Shown in pieces: positions 48,402 through 59,401 of a stretch of DNA of 64,000 bases. Under the pieces are notes generated by a model, which was given only the letters and a program-made list of their open reading frames with translations, was not told the origin of the DNA and did no database searches. The DNA comes from Paraspadella gotoi (lineage: Eukaryota; Animalia; Chaetognatha). The DNA lies in contig CM119270.1 of assembly GCA_051294375.1 (NCBI GenBank), positions 2,656,059 through 2,720,058 of the forward strand. Reading direction: 5' to 3'. The translations under genes and the position numbers were made by a program. Within the stretch, counting starts at the first letter, position 1. The number at the start of each line of letters is the position of its first letter.

Positions 48402-51372
48402 ATGGCGCTCAACGTCAACCGGAGCGTCGACGACCAGTTTTATCGATACAAGATGCCCAAGTTACAAGCGAAGGTGAGTGGGGGTGGGTACTGGGTAGTG
48501 TGAGCTATGAAATCACGGTTTTATTTTCTAAAAACTTTTTTTTTTCCCGTTTATTTTATGATAACGCGTGCACTATTAAATTTTAAAAAATTAAGTTACT
48601 AGTCATAATGCGAATTCCATCTGTTTAAAAAATCCGTCAATTTCCCGAAGCATCGACGTCACCGCTGTTGACGTCATCGCCGTGGGTGGCAAATTTGTCG
48701 CCGAAGCGAAACAGGCGGAACCCCGCCCACGCACTCTCGCGAGAACAAGCTGGGAATAGACGAATGGGAGAGAGAGGGAGAGAGCGCCGTTATTAGGAAA
48801 GGGAAGAAAAACTAGAAAGAAGAAAAATGGGAAGAGGGAAAAGGCGAAGGGAGAGAACAAGGGGCGGAAGAGGGTTAAATTTAATCTTTCACCGAAACCG
48901 ATCTTTCCTATTTTCATTTCTCCCTTTTCATATGCAAATACTTCTCACCGAGTCGAGAGAACGAAAATAAAAACCAAATTACAATAAAATATTTTTTTTG
49001 GTTCAGGTTGAAGGAAAAGGAAATGGCATAAAGACGGTGGTGGTGAACGCGGTGGAGGTGGCCAAAGCCCTTTCCCGTCCCCCGACTTACCCGATCAAGT
49101 TCTTTGGGTGCGAATTAGGGGCGCAGACTCAGTTCGACGTCAAGCACGATCGATACATCGTCAATGGCGCGCACGATGCCAATCGCTTGCAGGTGACCAA
49201 GCTTAATGCTTACTCAAGAATAGTTGTAATTCTTATGAAATTGTTATTTTAAAGCGCTGTCGTTTCCCCTCAATTATTAAAGTAGAAAAGATAGTAATAT
49301 TAAACTTGATTAAAGATTGTAAAGATTTTCATGTAAATGAGATTAAGGGCCTCGATCGCAATTCTAATTATTTTCTATTACTGAAAAATTCCTCTACATT
49401 TCTGCAGGAGTTGCTGGACGGTTTCATCAAGAAGTTCGTCCTCTGCCCGGCCTGCGATAATCCCGAGACGACCCTGAATCCCAACCAGAAAAAGCAGATC
49501 ATCACCCAGCGCTGCAAGGCCTGCGGAAACTCGGGTCTTCTCGACATGAGGCACAAGCTGACCACCTTCATCCTGCGCCACCCTCCCGACGCACCCATGG
49601 ACGGCGCCGAATCAGGCAAGAAAGGCAAAAAGGGAAAAGAGAAGAAAACTACGGCCGGCGGCGCTGAGGCCTCCACCGAAGGCTCCACGTCAGTCGCCGG
49701 CGGAGGCGGCGCCGGTGCCGGCTCCTCTGCGGGCCCGGCGTCGCACGGCGCCGGAAAACACAAGCCGTCGATGAACGGGGACGCGCCGTCGCCGGAGCAG
49801 ACCGAAGGACGCGACGGGGAAATGTTCGAGGCTCCGCCGGCCGCCAAGAACGGTGACGCTTCCAACGGCGCTTCCGGAAGGTTGGTATTGGGTGCCAGCA
49901 GATGGAAGCGATTCCTTGAATTTTGATTTCCCGATTAAACTAATACTCTCGATCCTCCAGCGACGAAGACGACGGGGACTGGGGCGAAGAGGACCTGACC
50001 GAGGAAGCCAAGGCGGCGCGGATGAACGAGTTGGGAGACGCCGTCAAGAAGCTGACTATGAGCGACGATCTTGACAAGCCGGAGGAGGAGCGCATGAGGA
50101 TGTTCTCAGAATATCTGCAAGACAAAATGGTGTGTGTGCGTGAGAGAGATTTTTTCGTGGTTGATCAATGATCACTTTGCTCGGTTCCAATCCTCTAGTG
50201 ATTTGCTCTTCCTTGTCCTATCAAAACATTCCTGTTCTTCTAAAGATTGATTATACATTTTAGATAAACAATATTTCATTCGATTATAGAAATTGTGTTT
50301 TTTTTTCCTCAGACATCGGGCGATCTGAAATCTTCCATCAAGGATTTGATGGGAGAAGCCGAACGCCTCGAGATTCGCGACAAGGCGCCGCTCGTCTTTT
50401 GCGACCGAATCTTTAACGCCAAGATCCTCAATCAGATCAAGGAGTATCGCGTCCTCTTGCTCAGGTGATATATTTAGTATTTAATGGTCATTGTTAATGT
50501 CTATTTACTAAAAAATTTTTATTCTGCATTAGTTTTTGCGGGAACAATTCTCGGGCGCAGAAGAACCTTCTCAAGGGCGTGGAGATCTTAGTGGGAATGC
50601 CGGAGCATAGTGCCGTGCTCATCCCTAAGGTGGCTCACATCCTCAAGGCTCTCTACGATTCCGGTAAGAAAGTCGAATCGTCGACGGAATAAAGTCGAAA
50701 TTTCTTTGCCTTTGTTTTGATTAACGTTGAATGTCCGTTCCCTTTTCTTTCTCAAGACATCGTGGAAGAAGAGGCCATCCTGGATTGGGCTCGCAAACCT
50801 TCGAAGAAAGAGTTTTCTAAGGAGATTCACGCAAAGGCGGAGCCGTTCGTCAAGTGGTTGGCCGAAGCCGAAGAGGAGGACGAAAGCACGGATGAGGACG
50901 AAGACGGCGATCTCGAGGTGGGAGAGAGTAACGGTGTGGGCCAGGCCTGGTCACCTCCCCCACTCTTCCTCTCCTTCCCAATCCCCTGGCCCCCTCCACC
51001 TCTCTCCCTCTCTTTCCCAACCATTTTTAAACGCCATTTTGGCAGCAGCATCTCAAGGCGCTGTTGTCTGCTACCTTAGACAGTTTTGAGAGCGAGGTCG
51101 TCCCTTGTTGGACGAATGCCTTACTCAAGTCAAGAGTAACACTTTTCCTTGAAGCCGATCTTCGGCTAAGTATTTTCCTCTTTTCAAATTAATATTCAAC
51201 GTCTTTCCAGGTGGGATTCGGCGCGGAAAACGCGACCCCGAAGGTGGAGGTGGTGACGCCGGCCGGAGACGGTCGCGGCGACGCCAAGGGTGGCCTCAAT
51301 TCCAACGGCCAGGCTCCCGCTGAAGAGGAAGACGACGACGACGACGACGAAATTGATATCGACGACATTTAG
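48402..51372 (+). CDS. EIF5: Eukaryotic translation initiation factor 5 (501 aa)
   Basis: Exons 48402-48473, 49007-49192, 49408-49880, 49961-50129, 50313-50464, 50533-50663, 50757-50917, 51211-51372. [28 protein letters not shown], zinc finger CPACDNPET...CKACG, W2 domain [12 protein letters not shown]-terminal EIDIDDI. Start context ACCATGG. Confidence 0.97.
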
Positions 51373-52174
51373 TTTTGTGGAGCATTGGGCAATTTATATA
51401 TATTATACTGAGAAATGTTGCAGCTTTTTTTTTTTTAATAATTAAGTTATTCATGCGATCATAGTTGCGCTTTTTATCATTTTTTCGGAAAAAAAAAACC
51501 AAAGCCTTTGTGCGAAAAAAAAAGTATTTCTTTTCTTCGTCCTAAAAAATGCAGCGTTGTCCAGAAGTTGTTGCACCCTGCGCTATTTCGAAATTATTAA
51601 TCAGTGTTTGTTTTTTTTTTTCTTTTTTTTTAACTATTGCCTCTATTTTTAGTAATGATATGAAAAGCATCTTTAATAAATATTTTTTTAATTAATTTTT
51701 TTTTCCTTCTCGTTTAAATATTTTTCTCTTGTTTATGCTTTGTAATCGAATGTATTAATAATAGTAATAATCAATAGCCGTAATCGGATAGGTTTTTGTG
51801 AGTGTCGAAGAGGGGAATTGGTATTTTTTTTACTTTTGTCAAGAGACGGTACAATTTCGGTCGCGGCCTCCTGGCGGAGCCCTGAGCACAGCGGATTTTG
51901 TTTTCTCTTCGGTCTTAAAGATTGTACGAGATCAGTATGTAGTGGGTAATTTCTTTTTTTTTTCCCCTTGTTGTGATACACTTTTTTAATGTCATTCTTA
52001 AACCTCTTGTTATTCTATAGTAGCGAATCTTTCCATTAAACGTTTGCTTATAACCCCCTCCTTTGAACGGATTTCGGCTTTTTGCGCCTCGTATAAACAA
52101 TAGTTGATTTGATTAAATAGTCGACCATTCAAGCCGTCTGCTTTAGATTCCTAGGTTTTGACTATTATTTATTC

Positions 52175-52246
52175 TGAGGCGACTTACCACCGGTTTCTCT
52201 CTCTAAACCCTTCCTTAGAGAGAAAGACCGGTGGTAAGTCGCCTCA
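52175..52246. mobile_element. 72-bp foldback / minimal MITE with 20-bp perfect TIRs and 4-bp TSD ATTC
   Basis: attc-TGAGGCGACTTACCACCGGT...ACCGGTGGTAAGTCGCCTCA-attc. The inner arms TCTCTCTAA/TTAGAGAGA also pair. Confidence 0.7.
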
Positions 52247-52665
52247 ATTCTTTCTTTCCAGTTCTAAGTTGTTTAGAAGTTTCGCACGGCAAGCTAGCTA
52301 ATTAATTTGAGCTTGATTGTAAATATGATTCATACGTTTTATTTCCCTCTCGTTGGGAACCCTCCATTGAATGTACAGTCGTGTTTTTAGTATGGTTGTA
52401 CCCAAAATGATTAACTAGTTTCCCCTAGATTCACTTATCTGATTGAGCATCGCCGCCAGGTGACGAGCTACATGATAGTTGAGGATCGAAACGCCGTTTC
52501 ATATTCGCGATTCTTAAGTTTGGAAGAAAAGCCTATTTCACGCACGAGGAAGATTTGGGGAAAACTTCTTTGATTCAGGTGACGCGAGATTCGTTTATTA
52601 ATTTATTAATTAGTTAATTTAGTAGTCGTTTTTAAGTAATATGTATTTAATCTCAGCTGAGAAAG

Positions 52666-52691
52666 ATGGCCACAGACGATGGCGATCACAG
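52666..52691 (+). CDS. Upstream coding mini-exon giving creatine kinase a 24-aa N-terminal extension
   Basis: AAGATGG start, MATDDGDH then AG|GTAAAA (phase 2). Splices in frame to ctcag|GAAGATT at 54656. Confidence 0.55.
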
Positions 52692-54397
52692 GTAAAACTT
52701 TTTTTTTCTAATTTTTTTTACTCTGTTTTTCTCGATTTATTATTTTCTATGTTGTATTCTTTTTACGTAACGCACGTGGTCGAAATTGTTTTATAAAAAT
52801 ATTAGGAATATATGTATTGTAAATACATGTTAATATTGTTAATAGCTTTCCTACAAAGAAAATATCGCCCGTGAGTTCTATTTTAGTCCTCGGTTCCATT
52901 GAAGGCTTGGCGTAACCTAATTCTCTGAATTATGAATGCAACAGTTTACGTAACTAGGGCAAGCTGCATCAAAGGATTTGGTTCTTTTGAGCTGGTTCAA
53001 AAAAGTTAATAATTCACAGAGAATGAGATTCAGAGAATCAGTGAGAAGTTTTCAGGAAAAATTTAAGAGCTCTGTACATTGTACAGTGTACAATAAATAA
53101 TTTGAAAAGTTTGTGGTGTACATGTTCCCCATTTGCTCATTCGTCTTGGAAAACTGCCATTTACTTTACTGGAAAGTTTCCACTTTTTTCAAAATCCCCT
53201 CAGTAAATCTTCGATTTATTTCGCTCACATTATTTGCATAGTTCTTAAATTTAATCGTAATTTGTGGTTCGTCTCGGTGCCTTTTTTAAGACTTTCTAAT
53301 TGAGAAATTAAACCATTAAATTCACGTAATCAAAATCTGAGAAAAGTCGATAATTTTCTTTTTGCGGCCGGCAGCAGCGTCTTGTGCCAGACCTTGGGCG
53401 CAAAAAATACAACTTTCACTCGTTCTATCTTTCCCTCACTCTTTCTCTCACTCACTCTTCTGTCTCGACATTAAAACATTCTGTGAAGACTCTAGTTTGG
53501 CCTAGTGGCAGAACGATTGAGCAAAAGATTTCGCTCAACGAGAAACTGATCTCTTCGGGTCTAAAAAAAGAAAAAAATTCCCTGTGATTTTCAACTTCGT
53601 CGTTGCCCACTTTTGCGTCCTTTTTATTTTCGTCTCACGTTTCATTCTTGACTGCTTGTTTTCTTTCGAATCAATGAAAACGCGATCCAGCCGAAGGGCA
53701 CAAACTTTTTTTTTTTTGGTTTTTTCTCGTTGAGAGTCTAACCTCTAACGTCGCCCGTCGTTAACCTTTTCGGTTTTTCCCTTTCTCGCCTTTTCGACGT
53801 CACCTCGCCGGTCTTCCATTTCCATATTTCCATCCGAGCTTTTTCATTCTCTCTCTCTCCGCTTTTTTCATGCTGTCCCTTTGCCTTGCCTCTGGTGTAT
53901 GTGCGGCTGTTTTAAGGTCGTCGTCTTCTTCATCTTCCATCGTCCCGGTTTCCATCCAACCCTGGGTCTATTTTTTCCTCTTCCTCTCGTCCTCCCCCTC
54001 CCTGTACCGAATCGTGTGTATTTTCCACCCGAAGAAGAAGGAAAAAAAATATTCTAAAAACTCGACTGATTTTTTTTTTTCTCCACAAACACTCCTCTTC
54101 CCCGGTTCTATCTCTGATCCTTCGTGAAAAGAAAAAAAAAGAAAGAAAAAAAAATTTTAAAGATCATTTCGATCCAATTCGAGCCGCTCCTTCATTTTTT
54201 TTCCTTTATTTTTTTGTACCCGGTGTACCAAAACCCCCGCTCCCTTCCTAGTCGCAGGAACTGCTTCAGTCGCCGCTGCAGCAGCCGCCACAGCCGCGGT
54301 TGGCCCGTAGTGCACAAAATCGCGAACGCGCAATATCGCATCGGCATCAGTGGGCTGCAGTTTCGCGACTCTCAAGGGCTTCGGGTCTCTTCTTTTT

Positions 54398-54461
<64 letters not shown>

Positions 54462-54701
54462 TCATTCCGCCACCATTTGCGTCTTTTTTGTCCTCGTGTG
54501 TGATTTCTCTCTCTCGATTTCCTCTCTCGTCCCCTTTTCCTTTTTTTTTCCTTCTCTCTCTTGATAGCCGTTTCCTTTTCTTTCCGTTCTTTTCGCCGCC
54601 TTTCGGACCACGCCCATCCTTCATATATGTTGACGTTATCGGTTGTCTTGCTCAGGAAGATTTCTTCGCTCGTTCCCTCATCCATCCGCGCCTCAAGCAA
54701 A

Positions 54702-57700
54702 ATGGCCAAGCCCAATCAAGCTTTGTACGACGCGCAAGAAGACTACCCGGACCTCAGCAAGCATAACAATTGGATGGCGAAATGCTTGACACCGGAGATA
54801 TACGCCAAGGTGAGAAAAATGGGTAAAGGAAGTGGCGGGAGAGAGAGAGAGAGAGAGAGAGAAAGAAATCCCGTGATTTGACCTTGGAGCGGATTCTTAA
54901 AACGAGAAGGGGATTCGTCGAAGGAGAAGCGGATTCTAAAAAAGAATCAACTTTTCTTTTGCGTCTAAACTTTTTCTAGTCTTTATATCGATCTTATAGT
55001 CAAAAAGGGAGAGAAGGAAATAAATATGACGTCGATACGAAGAATAGGAAAAAAAAGGTCGCTTTTTGAGTTCTTGCCATGTTGTATAGATTGGAGGAGG
55101 TCGTTTTATTTTTTGTTTAAATATTATTATTTTTTGTTTAATAGCTTGTTAAATTTTCGTTTTACTAAACATTGTTTCTAAAAACTAAGCATAATCTTTT
55201 TTTTTTTATCCACCAAGCTTCGCGACGTGTGTACGCCTTCCGGGTTCACGCTGGACAACGTGATCCAAACGGGCGTGGACAACCCGGGTCACCCTTTTAT
55301 CATGACCGTGGGCGCCGTCGCCGGCGACGAGGAGACCTACGAAGTCTTCAAGGTCAGTGCACTCAGTTTTGGGTCTCGAGGGATAGGAGAGGTCATTGAC
55401 CGAGTCATTGCATTGCTCATTAGGGTGGAACGATGATAAGATTGAGCGATGGAACAATGTTTTTTGCTGCCTTTATATATATGTAATAAAAAATAATTAA
55501 ACCCTTTTTCCAAAAAAAAAAAATTGTACAACAATATCATTATAGTAATATCCTTATAAAATTTCAAAATCATATTTTTTTATTTTAAAAACAGTTTCGG
55601 ATTCTTTTATAAAATTTTTAGTGATATTTTTAAAAATAACAGCGCGAAAAAGTATAGAATTTGGATTTTTTAAATTTTTGATGCTGAAATTGAAATTAAA
55701 ATTTTTAATAACACATTTTATTTTTTTTATCTTACTTTTTATAAAGAATCAGAATATTTAATTCAAATTTAAAAAATACTTAATCATACTATCTCACGTC
55801 TAAATATCCGTTTGTTCACTCAAGTAAATTTATGTTCCCCAGTGCTCAACTCTATTGCTCATTCCTGAATCATGAATATATTTTAAACTGAATATGCTGG
55901 ACTTTGCCCACACTGCTTCTTTGGAATGTTTCTATTTCTCGGTTTTTATAGAAAATTTACAAAAATCTCGTGATTGTCGAAGTCCGTTATTCGTAAATTT
56001 CCTGCCTGATTTAAAAACTGTATTATTAATCGGAGGCATTATACACATTCCTTTTTGCCGGTGAAAGTTTCATGAGAGCAGAATTTTAAAACATTCTGTC
56101 AGCGAAATGTTTTTAATTCTAAAAATATTCTTGTTACAACCAGATCTGAAAACTGAATCACATTCTCGATCAAATACAACTTTTAACTCAACCACAATAC
56201 ACGATTCCTTTATTTGGATATTCTTTCGCAGAAACTCTGCTTCTTCCTAAAACCTCTAGTTGACCGTGCATGCCTCTTTCCAAATTCGACTGGCCAAGTC
56301 TATCTCTCTCTCTCTCTCTTCTCCTCTCCGGAAGTTCCACGCCACGAGCGGACGAAAAATATTCTCTGTCCGATAAATTCAATCATCCTTCGTAATAAAA
56401 TTTTTTTACGCAGGGATTATTAAAAAAATGAAATTGTTAACTAAGCGATTGGTCTTCGTAGTTACATATTTGGTTCAGAAATTTAAGAAGTATCTCCTTA
56501 TTTCTTAAAGAAAAGTTGTATACTTGAAATTAATAATAAGAATCTCCTAATTTGAACTGGAAATTTTGACCATTTTCCCCGGGGTCGGGTCGAGTCGTAG
56601 AGCCGACTTGTTGAGCCCTTTAGACTTTTTTTATCTCTCTCTCTCTCTCTCTTCATGGGTCCGAATTTCCAGAGTGGGAATCTCAACCTCAGGAACACGC
56701 CATCCCTGATTTCATAACCGACTTCTGTTTTCAGCTCGATTGTTTGCTGTTAAGCGAGAAGTCGCGGTTTGTTTGATTTTCGAGTTTTGTTGATCAAATG
56801 TTAGTTTTTGTATTTGAGAGGATTAAATAATGGTTTTTGCATGTTTATTTATAAATTATTGTAAGAGGGAAAGAAGCGAAGGAAACAAGAAAGCAATTTG
56901 AAACACGAAGCAAAATGCGTTGTATCTTACTTTTTATGTTTAATGCGAGGTGTAATGAAAACTTTAATTTTCCCTAATTTTATGTTTACATTTTTTTTTG
57001 CTTAACAGCAAAGACTCAACCTCCAGAATATTCTCCCTCTATCACTGTATCATAATTAAATGTATTAAAAAGGGATATTCATCATATTCATTCAAATTTT
57101 CTAGATCTTAAGCANNNNNNNNNNCGCTTGGGGGTGAAATGTTTACTCGTCGTTGTTAAGCGATGTCATCGATCCTCATGCGTCCTGATTTCCCAGGATT
57201 CGCACGCACGCACTCAGGCACGCACACAGGCACGCACTCAGACACACACTTGAAGATAGATAAACGAAGTGAATTGACTAGGAATATGTTAATATAACTA
57301 ATAGTTATTAGTTATTACTAATAGTTATTAACTATCAACGAACGACATTTTCTTCCTTCAGGATCTCTTGGATCCGATAATCGACCAACGCCACAACGGC
57401 TTCGGTCCGGACAGCAACCACAAAACTGATCTTAACTGGAAGTCGGTCGTCGGCGATGACTTTGACGAGAATTACGTCATCAGTTCCCGGGTCAGGACGG
57501 GACGCTCAATCAAGGGTCAGTGTCGCACGCGACTCGTGCAAATATAAGGAAGGAACTTTTGATACAACCAAGAATGAGATCGAGTTCATCAATCTCATTT
57601 GCATATTGTCGTATTGACATTGACTTGTCATAAATTCTGTTCCTGTGTCATTTCATGTTCTCATATGTTATAATATGTTCTAATATCTGTCCCGACACTC

Positions 57701-59401
57701 CCGATTCACTCGCTCTCCCCTTTTTTTTTCACCCTTCTCCCCCCCTTCGTTATCCGCTTTTCTTTACCACCCTTTGTCGCCTATTTCCCCCCCCCCCTCT
57801 TTTCCGCAATCTCTCACCACCCTTCTCCCATCTCAGGCATCGCCCTTCCACCCCACTGCACCCGGGGCGAACGCCGAAAAGTGGAAACGGTAGCGACTGA
57901 GGCTCTCTCCCAGTTGGGAGGCGAATTCGCCGGAAAGTACTACCCGTTGTCCAAGATGACGGACGCCGAACAGGAGCAACTCATTGAGGATCATTTCCTC
58001 TTCGACAAACCCGTGTCGCCGCTCCTCACCTGCGCGGGTAAGAATTAACTATTGAAATTGGTGCAGCCTTTATTAAAACTATCTATTAATTTATTAAATA
58101 TGATATCTTGTATCCGGACGATGATGAGTTAAGATAATAACATAGCAGACCCTGCTAGGTTTCAATATGTGCATTGTGCAATGTAATGTACATTACTCTT
58201 CCTTTTTACCTTCAATTTTAAAAAAATATTTTTCTCTAAAGCCTCGAGAAGATTGAATGTGATCGGCGACGTCCAAACTGAAGGATTCGACCATTAGTCA
58301 TCTCTTTTAGGATGATTGGATGGGGACGAGGCTTTTAAAATAAAAGCGATGGAGGGTTGGTGGATTTAGGAAGCTCGGGTTAACGATAAAGACAAAAAGA
58401 AGCGCTGAGTGCGTGTGGTCTTTAGGGGCCAGAGTGCAGAGGTTCACGGATCGTTAGCGATCGCGCTGTCTCCCTTCACAGGCCAAACGTGAAATTGGCT
58501 TCGCCTCACTGGAATCCCCCCTTTTTATTTCTCTTTTATTCCGTCTATTAAGTAGTATTTTTGTTAAAATAATAGTTAGAAAAGCAAAAGAGCAACAAAA
58601 TAGTAGTTCCAGTAGCTTTTTTTTGGACACTGGGGAGGGCGCCCCGTTTCCCTCCGTAACGTGACCCGCACTCTTTAATCTCCTTGGGCAGGCATGGCCC
58701 GTGACTGGCCCGACGGTCGAGGCATCTGGCACAACGCCGAGAAAAACTTTCTGGTTTGGATCAACGAGGAAGATCATCTCCGCGTCATCTCCATGGAGAA
58801 ATCGGGCAACATCAAGAAAGTCTTCAAACGATTCTGCGAAGGCTTGACTCAGGCGAGAAAGACAATTTAACGTTTTATTTGTCGCCCCTTTGATTAGAAA
58901 AAGGGATTCGGTTTTATGGCTTTTCGGGTTTAAGACTCAATTTTATCTTTATTCAGGTGGAGGATCTGATGAAGAAAGAAGGTCACGAGTTCATGTGGAA
59001 TCCTCACCTGGGATACATCCTCACCTGCCCGTCCAACCTCGGGACCGGTCTCAGGGCGGGAGTCCACGTCAAAATACCGCACGTCTCGTCTCACGAAAGA
59101 TTCGGCGAGGTAATTAGAGGAATATGTTAATATTAAACAAATATAGATATTTTAATTATTTTTTTAATCTTTCTCTCCTCAGATCTTGAAGAACCTCCGT
59201 CTCCAAAAGCGCGGGACAGGCGGAGTGGACACGGCGGCCGTGGGCGGGACCTTCGACATCTCCAACGCGGACCGCCTCGGCTTCAGCGAAGTGGAACTCG
59301 TCCAGTTCCTCGTCGACGGCGTCAATCTCCTCGTCCAGATGGAGAAGCGCCTGGAGGCGGGGAAACCCATCGACGACCTCGTCCCCGAGAAGATGAAATA
59401 A
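54702..59401 (+). CDS. CK: Creatine kinase (ATP:guanido phosphotransferase), single domain, 376 aa from ATG 54702
   Basis: Exons 54702-54809, 55218-55352, 57362-57515, 57837-58037, 58692-58852, 58957-59109, 59183-59401. [36 protein letters not shown] and GVDTAAVG (Ile/Val creatine-specificity pair). Confidence 0.96.
57568..57660 (-). repeat. ~95-bp dispersed repeat with internal hairpin, copy 2 (in a CK intron)
   Basis: Reverse complement of 6565-6658. Confidence 0.7.

Noticed and set aside
51085-51120. Hammerhead-like GTCC...GGACGAA stem
   Set aside because: No CUGANGA core and no GAAA.
54350-54400. MGCSF... myristoylation-like start for a flagellar CK
   Set aside because: The codon is GTG, not ATG, the frame differs from CK, and no convincing donor follows.
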